Below, piece by piece: positions 19,012-29,306 of a stretch of 64,000 nt of DNA. The first letter of the stretch is position 1. The number at the start of each line of letters is the position of its first letter. Source of the stretch: Terracidiphilus sp. GTDB taxonomy: Bacteria; Acidobacteriota; Terriglobia; Terriglobales; Acidobacteriaceae. The translations under genes were made by a program, and so were the position numbers. The notes below the pieces were generated by a model. The model saw nothing but the letters and a program-made list of their open reading frames with translations. It searched no databases and had not been told where the DNA came from. Where the stretch lies: the NCBI GenBank assembly GCA_049518435.1, contig JBEKRU010000021.1:63-64062 (forward strand), in the 5' to 3' direction.

Positions 19012-21162
19012 TTACGGCCCCAAATCTGTAGGAGTGCACGGATTGTAACCCAGTGATTCGGCAGTGACGGGGCTTGGCGGAGTTGGCGGCGTTGCCCAGG
19101 GGATACCACTGAAATCGAAGAACTCGAGAAGGTCGGGCTGCACGGCGTCTCGGGCTGTTAGGTGCGCCGTGCTCCCAATAAACCGGTTTTCAACAAATTT
19201 GATGACTGCCGTATGGTCCATAGGAGTGTGCGAAACATAATGCATTCGCGTAAAGGGCGAGATGATGATGTTCGGCAAGCGGAAGCCGAGCTGTGCACCA
19301 AATCCGCTCAAAGCAGCGGCATCACCCGAGTTAGCCCCAGGGTCAGTCGAGTCGAGATCACAATGCACACTAGGCGTCCCAGGAGTGGCAGGCACGCAGG
19401 GATTGTAGCCGTCCGGATTGACGGCGATCTGGGTAATGTCCGGGATAGCTCCAAGTGAGGCGTCCGTGTAGTCATTTGAGTGGCCGGGCACTGGAGGAAC
19501 GTGGTCGTATGGCCCCCCACCTTCGTCGTAGCTGAAGAAGAACACAGAATCCTTCCATGAAGAACTGCCCATGAACGCGTTCATGACCGTTGCTACTTGC
19601 GCCTGCCCCAAAAGAACCGATTGACCCGACCCTGGATGCTCGTCATTGTTGCCATAGCCGGCCTCAATAAATGCAAAGCTGGGCAAAGTGCCGTTGGTGA
19701 GATCACTGAAATAGGTTGAAAGCGGAGTAATGTGGCTCGGATCTATGCAGAAAGAGTCACCCGCATCGCCGACTACGCTGGATCCCTGGGTAGGTGCAAT
19801 ACAGGGAGCACCGGATGGATTCTCATACAGATACTGGTACGAATATGTCAGGTTAGAAAAGTCGGTCGCGGGATACTCCAGGTTTTCGTCGCCGGGGCAG
19901 TCATCCTCGTCCAGGCAAAACCCCTGGGTCACCGTGTAATAGATTCTCCAGGAGACGTTGGCCTTGTCCAATTCCTGAAAGATATTCGGGATATCGAGCT
20001 GAGGCAGATGATCATCGCCGCCGGGATCCTTTACGAGGCCCTGAGTCGTGCCCCCTGTAAATGTTCCGATTCGATTGTCAATACTCTTGCTCGCCACTGG
20101 CGAGAACCAGCGATCGGACAGGGCAAACTGAGAGGCCATATAGTAGTAGTAATTCAGAAAGCCCTGGTCGTAATACCCCATAGCAAGCTGGCCATTCAGC
20201 GGTTTTGTGAATACGCCCGAACAGATATCTGAGAGGGCGCAGCTCTTGTCATAGCCTTCGGCGGTGTGCACGAAGCCATCCATCAGGATCGGGCGTACTG
20301 CTAGAAAATTGTACCGATTGACGCTACCGTAGCTCGCCAGCCAATCCGAGCTATCATCGTCGATGCAGGTGCTTTTGAACTTGAACAACGGGAATGATGT
20401 GCCTTCATCGTCCTCGTTGCTGATCGTGGCGAGTTTGTCGTCGATGCCATCGACGCTATATGTGTTGCCATCGTCTCCAACGTTCCATTTGTTCGCTATC
20501 CGGTAGGGATTCAGCATCCCAAAGTAGTTGTCGAATGTATGGTTTTCCTGTAGCATGAAGATGACGTGATCGATGGATTGCGAGCTTCCTGCCGCTGTCA
20601 CGGTCACTGTGGCAGTCGCCGTGCCATTGCCTCCGGACCCCGTCGCGGCTGCCGTGTAAGTGGTGGTCGCGGTTGGACTCACCGATTGCGTTCCGCCACT
20701 TGGCTGCAGCGGATACGAGGTGCCATCGGTTCCCGTCACCGTCACTTGGGTAGCATTCATCGCGGTCACAGTTAGAACAGACGGGTTCCCCGCTACGATC
20801 GAGGTTGGATTCGCGACGATAGTGACAGTTGCAGGAGGAATTAACGCTGCAGTCACGCTCACTGTCGCAGTGGCCGAGGCGCTTCCACCCGCACCGATTG
20901 CGGTCGCGGTATAAGTCGTCGTCGCGGCGGGCTTGACGGCCTGCGTTCCACCGCTTGGTTGCAGGGTATACGTGGTTCCATCACTTCCGGCGACCGTCAC
21001 CTGAGTGGATTTGGTCGCAGTCACAGTCAGGGTCGACGAACCTCCCACAGCGACTGAAGTGGGGCTGGCGCTAACGGCCACCGTCGGCATTGGCGATGGA
21101 GCGATCAGGCTACCCCTCACGCATCCGGTGAATATCAGAGGCAAGAACAGACCGGGGGACAT
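19012..21162 (-). CDS. Phosphoesterase family lipoprotein (phospholipase C / acid phosphatase AcpA family) with two N-terminal Ig-like domains
   Basis: The ORF extends to 21261, but the lipoprotein signal MSPGLFLPLIFTGC starts at 21162. The catalytic domain starts IDHVIFMLQENHTFDNYFG and ends ..FRLPNIIISPF..MDHTAVIKFVENRF. Confidence 0.85.
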   Translation of the reverse strand: MSPGLFLPLIFTGCVRGSLIAPSPMPTVAVSASPTSVAVGGSSTLTVTATKSTQVTVAGSDGTTYTLQPSGGTQAVKPAATTTYTATAIGAGGSASATATVSVTAALIPPATVTIVANPTSIVAGNPSVLTVTAMNATQVTVTGTDGTSYPLQPSGGTQSVSPTATTTYTAAATGSGGNGTATATVTVTAAGSSQSIDHVIFMLQENHTFDNYFGMLNPYRIANKWNVGDDGNTYSVDGIDDKLATISNEDDEGTSFPLFKFKSTCIDDDSSDWLASYGSVNRYNFLAVRPILMDGFVHTAEGYDKSCALSDICSGVFTKPLNGQLAMGYYDQGFLNYYYYMASQFALSDRWFSPVASKSIDNRIGTFTGGTTQGLVKDPGGDDHLPQLDIPNIFQELDKANVSWRIYYTVTQGFCLDEDDCPGDENLEYPATDFSNLTYSYQYLYENPSGAPCIAPTQGSSVVGDAGDSFCIDPSHITPLSTYFSDLTNGTLPSFAFIEAGYGNNDEHPGSGQSVLLGQAQVATVMNAFMGSSSWKDSVFFFSYDEGGGPYDHVPPVPGHSNDYTDASLGAIPDITQIAVNPDGYNPCVPATPGTPSVHCDLDSTDPGANSGDAAALSGFGAQLGFRLPNIIISPFTRMHYVSHTPMDHTAVIKFVENRFIGSTAHLTARDAVQPDLLEFFDFSGIPWATPPTPPSPVTAESLGYNPCTPTDLGP
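20593..21084 (-). repeat. Tandem duplication of a ~79-aa Ig-like module (period ~255 nt) inside the phosphoesterase gene
   Basis: aa 60-138 (TVAVSASPTSVAVGGSSTLTVTATKSTQVTVAGSDGTTYTLQPSGGTQAVKPAATTTYTATA..) versus aa 145-223 (TVTIVANPTSIVAGNPSVLTVTAMNATQVTVTGTDGTSYPLQPSGGTQSVSPTATTTYTAAA..). Confidence 0.85.
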
Positions 21163-21257
21163 CAAGGTTAGAATCCGGTAGATTGATTGGCGAATGCGCG
21201 CGGTTGTCAAAATGTCTGCCTTCCTGTCGTGCACAGTTGACTTCCCGATGTGGCGTT

Positions 21258-22733
21258 TCACAAGCTCATGTTCTGCATTGGATTTGGCTGATCACCGACG
21301 TCGTTGCATGGATGCTTGGCGGCGTTTGCGTGTCCCCATGCGAACGCGTCCGATCCGTTGTCGACGTGTCCACGATCTCCCTTCGATGCAATCTCAGGGC
21401 AGTAATCCGGGACATCGCTCCGTTGCGCCGGAAGAGACGGTCGTATGCTCCATTTCGGCGATACTGCCTTGAATCGCAAAGCTCGGGTCCAAAAGCGCCT
21501 GGGTCCCGAGGAAGAGTTTGCCTTCCAGATGTTTTTTTTGCACTTATGTAGTTCAAACCAGCGAAGGTAGTCCTTCACTACATAAGTCATGGTCATCTCG
21601 AGGGCCGCCGCATAGTTTTGTTCGGCCATCTTCCGTTGCAGGGCCGATGACTGCAGGAGGGCGATGAGCTGCTCAGCCAGCTTGGCCGAATCGCCCTTCT
21701 TATAGTAGCGAAGCGCCATGCCTTCAGCTCCCGCCATCTCCCGAAAATCGTCGATGTCGGCGCACACGATCGGAACTCCATATTCACAGGCTTGATGTGC
21801 TGGGCCGCTCGATCCAGTGGCTGAATCGTAGGGCAAAACCAGGATGGATGTCGTCTGAAAGAGCTCAGGGATGGCTCCTTCCGGAACGTATCCGCGAAAG
21901 TCTATCGGCAACCCTGCAGCGTGTTCATCGCGAATCGACTCCCAATAACCCGCTTTCGTGTGGTGATTTGCTCCGGCAATAATCAACCGTGCGTTTGGGA
22001 CCTTCTCGAGCACGGTTGGAAAAGCTTGAATCAGTGTTTCCAAGCGCTTATAGGTTCCCCAATGCCCGATCGCCAGAATGCGCATATCCGGATTACCGCG
22101 CTGGGTAAAATCAGGCGGGATTGGAATCGAACCGAGTGTGCCGTGTGTGCCCAGCAAGACGTTTTGAGCCGAGTACTTTGCGATGAGAGTGTTTCGATAA
22201 TGGGGAAGCAGGACAGAAACTGAATTCGCCCTGAGTAATGCTTTGGTGACCAGATTACTGCCCATTTTGAAGAGCTTTTCCTGCCGAACGCCGGCGGTGG
22301 AAAAATCCACATGCTCGATAATGTTGTGCATGGTGATATGTGTGAAGAATCCCGACGCTCGCGTAAGAGCAGGCGCCGATAGCCCTCCAAAAGCGGCAAC
22401 CGGATTGTTGGGTGTGGCAAAGCTCGAGAATACGAGGTTGAACCACACAACATCGGGCTTCAACTGCCGGATGGTTTTTAGCAGGCGCCGAGGAGTTGTC
22501 AGGCTGCCGAACTTCCAACAGCGAATTACGTTGAACCCGGGCAGCTCTTTGAGTTGATGAGCCTTCAGTGAATCGCCATTCTCGTCGGTCGCGAATTCAT
22601 AGTCACTCAATTCGTCGGCGAGAATCGTCAATTCGACGTCTGGATTGCGAGAAAGCTCGCGTGCGATATGAAACGCGTACTCGTTTAGCTGGCGTCCGCT
22701 GGGAGGAAACGTGGCCACTAGGCAGATTTTCAT
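21258..22733 (-). CDS. GT4-family glycosyltransferase (GT-B fold) with an unusual ~100-aa C-terminal tail
   Basis: The N-terminus MKICLVATFPPSGRQLNEY and the C-terminal half ..RLIIAGANHH..ILVLPYDSATGSSGPAHQACEYGVPIVCADI.. are typical of GT4. Residues after about aa 390 are low-complexity and unrecognised. Confidence 0.85.
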   Translation of the reverse strand: MKICLVATFPPSGRQLNEYAFHIARELSRNPDVELTILADELSDYEFATDENGDSLKAHQLKELPGFNVIRCWKFGSLTTPRRLLKTIRQLKPDVVWFNLVFSSFATPNNPVAAFGGLSAPALTRASGFFTHITMHNIIEHVDFSTAGVRQEKLFKMGSNLVTKALLRANSVSVLLPHYRNTLIAKYSAQNVLLGTHGTLGSIPIPPDFTQRGNPDMRILAIGHWGTYKRLETLIQAFPTVLEKVPNARLIIAGANHHTKAGYWESIRDEHAAGLPIDFRGYVPEGAIPELFQTTSILVLPYDSATGSSGPAHQACEYGVPIVCADIDDFREMAGAEGMALRYYKKGDSAKLAEQLIALLQSSALQRKMAEQNYAAALEMTMTYVVKDYLRWFELHKCKKNIWKANSSSGPRRFWTRALRFKAVSPKWSIRPSLPAQRSDVPDYCPEIASKGDRGHVDNGSDAFAWGHANAAKHPCNDVGDQPNPMQNMSL

Positions 22734-22745
22734 TCGATTCCTCGT

Positions 22746-25700
22746 TCAGAAAAGACTGATGCGCACATACGGTCTGAACTGCTGGTTTTGACCACCGGTG
22801 AAGTTGAAGAAAGTTTCCTGTTGTATGCCTGCCGAAAAGCGAATCGGATAAGCGAGAATGACCGTTCCGGAATCGTCGTGGAATTTGCGGCGAAAGGGCC
22901 TGGCATACGACAGCGAGAATCCATTCTGAATTGCGTCGTAAACGTGGAAGCTCCTGGTGCTTGAATAGGCGCTGGAAAGCTGCATGTCCCAACCATGATT
23001 TGGAGCGAAATTGACTGTTCCGGCCGGGCGCAGGTTCTGTGCATCGCCCCAGCTTGCACCCACGATCCGCCATGCTCGCACATCCTCTGCGACGGCTTTG
23101 ATGTCCAGGCGTTCTCCGAATTTGCGTTCGATGCCTATATACGAAGAGGTGTAGTAAGTTTCGTAGTTCAGTGGCGAGAACTGTTGATCGGTGGCCCCCC
23201 ATCCAGTCACAAGAGCAGTCTTTCCCCATGGCGCCCCGACACGGAAATTAACAGCGGCTGAAGTTGCCAGCGAATGGAGATTGCTTTCAGTAAACGGGCC
23301 TGATTCGCGCATGACATACCCGGTGACAGAAACCGCATTGAAGAAGGAACTTGTAGATATATACGTGAAAATGCGAAAGAGGTTTTGGTTCATATCCACC
23401 GGAGACTCGGAATCGCGTCGGACGGTTGCCTGAATCCCGCTGTTAAAGGTCAACACGTTATTGCCGAGATTGATCGTAGGGTTCAGCCCCACGTTGAAGG
23501 TGAAGTCCGTAGTATTGCGATTGATGACTGAGTTCGTGCTGGGCACCGAGATTTCACCCTGCGCGTTGCGTACCTGGAAAAACCCGCTGGTAGTGGGCAG
23601 TGGGCTGAGATGCAGATGAAATACGTTTGTCGATTGCGTTTGAATGGAGGATCGAGGCGGCGGAAGCAGCGCGATATCAGAACTGGGCACTGGAAAGGAC
23701 GCATCGAGCTTTGCGTCCAGAACATACACAGTCGAATCTTCGAAGACAGGTTCCACCAGGAAATTGGAAAGTACGCTCAGAACGGGCGTGACTCTTAACC
23801 CCTCATCCGCACCCGCCTGGAGAAGATCCTGTTCGACACTTTGATCGTCCCCTTCAGCATTCGAAGCTTGGGCAAAGGAAGTCAGTGCCTCCGCGTTGTG
23901 GTGTTCCTGGCGATCAACGTTGGCTTTCGCCAGCAGATACTGGTAGTCCGTGTCATCACCGTCAGTAGCCTTCACGGCCGAGAGTTCGGCTTGAGCCCTG
24001 GCGGTGTCACCCAGCGCAAGGTAGTTGTCGGCAAAGCCAATCCGCACTTCGGAATCCGGTGCGCCAGCCGCCTTGGCACGTTGAAGATAAGTCTGCGACA
24101 AGTCGTAATCATGCATTGAACGGAGCACGTCGGCCGCTGCGATGAACTGGCTTCCGGTAGTTGGCTCGGTGGTTCCCGCTTCGCCTTCCATTTGCGCCAA
24201 TGCAAGTTGCCTTTCCGAGTCATCAGAATGGCCTTGGTCTGCCATCAGCTGTGCGATAGCCACGCGTATGCCCACGCGATCGCTGCCTGGTTGTGTGAGC
24301 GCGTTACTGAAGCGCTTCATGGCAGCATCGTGGTCTCCAAGAGTGCTGAGAGCCTTTCCCGTGGAGACATATATCTCGCCTAACTTGGATTGGGAGCCCA
24401 GTGTGGAGGCCGGTGCATGAAGGGCGCTCTCCTCAGCCAGTTGCACATACCGCAGTGTTTGACCGCGATCTTGCAGGTTCGCATAGGAGCGTGCAAGCGA
24501 CGCATAGATATCAGCGTTGCCGGGAGAATCCTTCAGCGCGATCTCGAGCTCGACGATCGCCTCGCGGTATTGCCGCAAAGCAAAAAGCGTATTCCCGAGC
24601 CCCAGGTGCAGTGAGCCATCGTCGGGAGCGTACTTCAGGGCAGCTCTATACTCATCGGCCGCCTTTTTCGGCATGTGTTGCCGCCCATACGCGGTTGCAC
24701 GAATCACGTGAATATCCTTTGAGTCGCCCAGGTACCGTTTTGCCAGATCGGCCTCACGCAGGGCTGCCTCCGGTTTTCGCAGATTAAGGCTCGCATAGGC
24801 GAGTCCGAGGTGCGCTTCGCCGTTAGCCGGGTCTCTTTTGAGGGCTGATTCGAAGTCCGTCGCAGCTTCTTTGGGCAGGTGAAGATCGTTCAACATATAG
24901 CCGCGGTTTACGTAGGCGGTCACCACCTCAGGGTCGCGAACAAGAGTCTCTGTAAAGTCCTGGCGCGCCTGCTCGCTCAGTCCTTGATGTTTGTGCACGT
25001 AGCCTTGAAGCAGCGGAATGTCAGGCTCTTTTGGGAAGACATCGAGGTACTTTGATGTCAGATCCAGGAGCTCGTCGTATTTCTCGAGATAGAGCAGATC
25101 GTAACCAAGGTAGACGACCACGTCCCGGTCTCGCGGCAACACTTTAATTGCTTCGTGGCCGACCTCAGCCGATTCCTGGTATTCCTCCTTGAAGCTGAGA
25201 TACCTTTCCTTTTCACGAAGAATTTGAGGTTCGCTATCCATTTCGCTTGTGACACGACTGAGCCAGGTCCAAGCCAAATTGAAGTCATGCGATTCTATTC
25301 CGGCATTCATTCCACCTGCAAGAATCAGGGCTCTCCGGGGAGCCAGCTCATATGCCTTGCCATAGGAGACCTGCGCTCTCTTGAAGTCACGGCGAGCGGT
25401 GTAGAGATCTCCAAGCGCAAGATAGGGTACATACAGCGAAGGGTTACCCTCCTCCAGACGCTGGAAATACTTTTCGGCTTCCAGGTCGCGTCCGGCCGCG
25501 CGCGAAGCATATCCCAGGGAGGTGAGCGCAAACCGGTTGACAGGATCCATCGCGAGAATCTGCTTATATACCGTAATTGCATCTTCGGTGCGGCCAAGCT
25601 TCATCAGGATGTCTCCATCCAGCTGCAAATCATCACGATCATGGGTGTTCATTGCGAGTGCTTCTTTCATGTCTCCCAATGCACCGTCAACGTCACCTAC

Positions 25701-26966
25701 ATTCATTTTGATCAAGGATCTCAGGCGCAGGAACTGTGCTCTCCCCGACACTTTATCGCCAAGCCTGTTGATTTCGGCCTGGGCTTCGTCGAGTTGATGA
25801 TGGGCAGCGCCTTCATCGCCAAGGTTCTTGTAAACATTCATCAGGTCCATATGCAATTGAATGCCATAGAGTGGTCCCTCGGCTGGTTCCGCTGGCAAGT
25901 TCGCAACGGCGGCCGCGTACTCCTGCGCGGCGTCTTGTTCGTGTTCCTGCAAGCTCGCAAGTTGACCTCGAATTGCGTGCAACCGATAGTAGTTTGGATT
26001 AAGCCCCGCAGCATGCTTGAGAAAGGGACTCGCCTTCTCGATGGAACCACTGGCGATCTCGGCCTCCGCGGCGGAGAGTTGTAGCCCCAGATCCTTCGGC
26101 GCCGCACTGGCCGCCTGCGCGTAAAGCCTGGCAGAATCATTCAGCTTGCCATTCAGCTGGAATGTGTACGCGAGTTCCGCCATGACGTCCGGTTTAGGCA
26201 TGCGAATGGACTGGAGTGCGGCAATCGCGTCAGGATAGTTTCCGGCCTCGCGGTAATAACCCGCCATGGACCGCTGCACTTCCGGGTTGTTCGGGTCGCG
26301 CCGCTTGGCCATCTCAAGATAATGGCTTGCCAGTTCCATTTGGTTCAGGTGCTGGTAGGAGAGCGCCATCAGCAGCTCCGACCGTGCACTTGGCTGGTTA
26401 CGTTCCGCCCGGCCCAGCCAATCGAGTGCTTCGGCGTAATTTGCCGACCTCATGTAGAGATCTCCGAGTAACAACGCGTCATCTCTACGCCTGGAGTCGG
26501 ACGCAACCGCCTGTTTGAGCAGACGCACAGCGTCTTCGGTCCGGCCCATCTGGCTATAGGTCTGCCCAAGACCGGAAAGTCCGTCGAGTGCCGTGGGGGC
26601 CAGGCGAAGACCACGGGTGTAAGCATCCACAGACTCCTGAAACTTTGCGTTGAGCCGCGCTGCGTATCCAAGCAGGAACCATAAGTGCGGATCATTTGGA
26701 GCAGTTTCCGCGGCGCGGCGTGCAAAACCAAGTGCGAGGGCGTGATCCCCGTGCTGCAAAGCCAATTCCGCTGCGCGACCAAGACGCGCATTCTGAATGT
26801 TCGATCCCCATCCAAGAGATTGGTCCGGAGACAGGGTTGCGGCAGCCGTCTTCGAGTTCTTTGAAGCGTCAGGTCCCACGTCATACACCTGCGCATCGGC
26901 GACGCAGGTTAGCGCGCCCAGTGCGAGTACCAGCGCAGCCTTCAGGAATTGAGGTCTAGCGATCAA
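22746..26966 (-). CDS. TPR-repeat protein with C-terminal outer-membrane beta-barrel (PelB/BcsC/PgaA-like export scaffold architecture)
   Basis: 1406 aa with signal peptide ..LVLALGALTCVADAQ. About 1000 aa of TPR-like repeats are followed by about 380 aa rich in alternating beta-strand patterns, ending ...FRPYVRISLF (terminal Phe). Confidence 0.8.
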   Translation of the reverse strand: MIARPQFLKAALVLALGALTCVADAQVYDVGPDASKNSKTAAATLSPDQSLGWGSNIQNARLGRAAELALQHGDHALALGFARRAAETAPNDPHLWFLLGYAARLNAKFQESVDAYTRGLRLAPTALDGLSGLGQTYSQMGRTEDAVRLLKQAVASDSRRRDDALLLGDLYMRSANYAEALDWLGRAERNQPSARSELLMALSYQHLNQMELASHYLEMAKRRDPNNPEVQRSMAGYYREAGNYPDAIAALQSIRMPKPDVMAELAYTFQLNGKLNDSARLYAQAASAAPKDLGLQLSAAEAEIASGSIEKASPFLKHAAGLNPNYYRLHAIRGQLASLQEHEQDAAQEYAAAVANLPAEPAEGPLYGIQLHMDLMNVYKNLGDEGAAHHQLDEAQAEINRLGDKVSGRAQFLRLRSLIKMNVGDVDGALGDMKEALAMNTHDRDDLQLDGDILMKLGRTEDAITVYKQILAMDPVNRFALTSLGYASRAAGRDLEAEKYFQRLEEGNPSLYVPYLALGDLYTARRDFKRAQVSYGKAYELAPRRALILAGGMNAGIESHDFNLAWTWLSRVTSEMDSEPQILREKERYLSFKEEYQESAEVGHEAIKVLPRDRDVVVYLGYDLLYLEKYDELLDLTSKYLDVFPKEPDIPLLQGYVHKHQGLSEQARQDFTETLVRDPEVVTAYVNRGYMLNDLHLPKEAATDFESALKRDPANGEAHLGLAYASLNLRKPEAALREADLAKRYLGDSKDIHVIRATAYGRQHMPKKAADEYRAALKYAPDDGSLHLGLGNTLFALRQYREAIVELEIALKDSPGNADIYASLARSYANLQDRGQTLRYVQLAEESALHAPASTLGSQSKLGEIYVSTGKALSTLGDHDAAMKRFSNALTQPGSDRVGIRVAIAQLMADQGHSDDSERQLALAQMEGEAGTTEPTTGSQFIAAADVLRSMHDYDLSQTYLQRAKAAGAPDSEVRIGFADNYLALGDTARAQAELSAVKATDGDDTDYQYLLAKANVDRQEHHNAEALTSFAQASNAEGDDQSVEQDLLQAGADEGLRVTPVLSVLSNFLVEPVFEDSTVYVLDAKLDASFPVPSSDIALLPPPRSSIQTQSTNVFHLHLSPLPTTSGFFQVRNAQGEISVPSTNSVINRNTTDFTFNVGLNPTINLGNNVLTFNSGIQATVRRDSESPVDMNQNLFRIFTYISTSSFFNAVSVTGYVMRESGPFTESNLHSLATSAAVNFRVGAPWGKTALVTGWGATDQQFSPLNYETYYTSSYIGIERKFGERLDIKAVAEDVRAWRIVGASWGDAQNLRPAGTVNFAPNHGWDMQLSSAYSSTRSFHVYDAIQNGFSLSYARPFRRKFHDDSGTVILAYPIRFSAGIQQETFFNFTGGQNQQFRPYVRISLF

Positions 26967-27554
26967 AGGTGCACCAGGGTGGAATCATTTGTTGCAGTTG
27001 GATCCGGATTCGGTCGTATAGAGGCGGCATTTGTCTCTTGCGCCTTCCAAATTGAATTGCGAGTTCGGATGCTCCGTTTTCTTTGCCGCAATTACCCGTT
27101 CCGCATTGATACGGGCGGACTGCGGCAGCAAACACATGGGATATCTCCATTGAGAGACTTGCGTGACTTGACCGTACGCCCCCGGACTTTTGATTCCTGT
27201 GCACTATTGATCAAATTCAGGACGCCTGAAATGAATCAGTTGTTGCTGTGCAAATTAGCGGAAGGCCGGGAATCAAAGCTGCAATTTCAGGACCAGGATC
27301 AGTGAAGCCACCACCCGAAAGGCCATCGCGCATCAACTTCCGCCGGAGGCAGCCTTTGGGCTACTAGCCAGAAGGGCATGCCACGACGATGCGATCAATG
27401 AGGATTACCCGGCGAGAGTGTTCGAAATTGGTCAGACTGAGAATCTTCGTATTGAGAAACTCGGCTTAATGGCTGAGCAGTGGCCACACAGCGTGCCAAG
27501 CAACATCGCGAAGTGTGTGCTGGTTGAACTCTGCGATTTATTGGAGAGGTAATC

Positions 27555-29306
27555 GTGCAGAACCTTGAGTCGACCGCACCGGCAGCACGGCCAATACCGA
27601 TGAGCTTCCTGTTGATGGCGGTTGTCGTGGTTCACCTTCCGCTTCTCCTGATGGAATTGCCATTGAAGTCGTACGACACAAACTTCCACATTCTCTTTGC
27701 TTCGCATTATGTCCACCAATGGTTCGACCCCTGGAATTCGAAGTGGTATGCGGGCTTTTCCCAGACAACCTATCCGCCGCTGACACAGCAGTGGGTGGCG
27801 TTGGTCTCCAAGGTTCTTGGTTTGGACATGGCATACATGGCTGTCCAGTTCGCCGCCATTTTGCTTCTCGTGGTGGGCGTCTATCGATTCTCGTTGCTAT
27901 GGGTCAGTCCCCGTGCTGCATCGATTGCCGCATTGGCGAGCGTCTTTCTCGGCTCGGAGAGCTTTCTGATCTATTCGGCCGGGCAACTGGGCACCACCTG
28001 CGCGGCGCCAATCTATTTGAACGCGCTGCCATTTTTGTTCGAGTGGGTCCGGCATGGCAAGTGGCGATCGTTCCTTAGAGCCACCGTGCTTTTCTCCGCC
28101 GCTGCCGCTGCTCACCATGCCACACTTCTATTCGGTTCAATCCTCTTTGCAGTGCCGGTCCTCGCGCTTGTCCTCCTTGACCGCGAGAATGGCGAGCGCA
28201 TTACCATGCCGGCCTTTTTGGGCAGGACCGTCATGATTGCCGTAGTGGTCGGAGTCGCTATTGCAATCGTGCTTCTTCCATTTTGGATAGCGTTGATTCA
28301 TTATCCCGTCACGCAAACTCCTATCCCTCACCCCTCTCGGGCAAATTACATCCTGAATCCGCGGTGGGGCCTCAATTACTTTATCGTTCCGTATGGAGCG
28401 TTGATTCTGGCCCTGCCGTTCATCTTCCTGCGTGGATCAATGGTCGCTCGGCTCCGCCCCTTGTTGTTTGGCTTCTGGGTAGCCTTTCTCGTGGGACTCG
28501 GCGGCACAACACCGGTTGGACACCTTCTCCTTGGTCGTGCATTCGACGTGCTGACCATGGAGCGTTTCAGCTACTGGGCTACATTGCTTGCGCTTCCATT
28601 CGTGGGGCTACTTGCCGCCGAGCTCGTCGATCGCTATCGAGCGTCCGCGGTCGTCGGTTTGACCACATTAGCAGCTCTCACTTGTGCAATGGCTGTAGGC
28701 TGGGCTACCTATCGGCCAGCGGATGCGGAGGACTTCAACGTCGATACGGTCGCCTCGTGGCTGAATCGCGATGGACACGATCAGTATCGCTATGTCACCC
28801 TCGGATTTGGCAACAAGATCGCGCGCCTGGCGATGATGACGAATGCCAGCAGCGTCGATGGCGAGTGGAATTCCGGAAGATTGTTGCCGGAACTGACGCA
28901 ATTCGGTGCCGGTGCAGTCACTAGTTCAAAATACTTTGGTGAGCCGGGACTTGATGCCCTTCGCGCAATGTTGATGCACGCCGACCATTATGGTCTGAAG
29001 TGGGTCTTTGTGCGGGATCACTATTATGATCCGCTGCTGTCGTTCGCCGGCTGGCGGCAGGTGGATAGCCTTGAAGACAAAACCATCAGCGTGTGGGGCA
29101 AGGATGGCATACCCCCGGCAACCCCAGTGAATGCGCCGCAAATTCCTGCCCGTTGGGAAGGTCTCATGTGGGGAATCCTACCCTTCGGCAGCAGCCTGCT
29201 TGCGATATTGGTAATTCTCATTCCAGAGAAGAAAAGGCATGAGCGCCGGGCGGAGGCTCCTGTCTCGTCCGGTGAGAACCTCATACATGGGAGGTTAGTT
29301 TCGTGA
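27555..29306 (+). CDS. Polytopic membrane protein, GT-C-like (YfhO/ArnT/PMT-like topology), family unassigned
   Basis: 583 aa. At least 10 hydrophobic helices are followed by a ~150-aa soluble domain and a final TM helix. Divergent from the TPR-barrel gene. The stop overlaps the next start (GTGA at 29303..29306). Confidence 0.55.
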   Translation: MQNLESTAPAARPIPMSFLLMAVVVVHLPLLLMELPLKSYDTNFHILFASHYVHQWFDPWNSKWYAGFSQTTYPPLTQQWVALVSKVLGLDMAYMAVQFAAILLLVVGVYRFSLLWVSPRAASIAALASVFLGSESFLIYSAGQLGTTCAAPIYLNALPFLFEWVRHGKWRSFLRATVLFSAAAAAHHATLLFGSILFAVPVLALVLLDRENGERITMPAFLGRTVMIAVVVGVAIAIVLLPFWIALIHYPVTQTPIPHPSRANYILNPRWGLNYFIVPYGALILALPFIFLRGSMVARLRPLLFGFWVAFLVGLGGTTPVGHLLLGRAFDVLTMERFSYWATLLALPFVGLLAAELVDRYRASAVVGLTTLAALTCAMAVGWATYRPADAEDFNVDTVASWLNRDGHDQYRYVTLGFGNKIARLAMMTNASSVDGEWNSGRLLPELTQFGAGAVTSSKYFGEPGLDALRAMLMHADHYGLKWVFVRDHYYDPLLSFAGWRQVDSLEDKTISVWGKDGIPPATPVNAPQIPARWEGLMWGILPFGSSLLAILVILIPEKKRHERRAEAPVSSGENLIHGRLVS

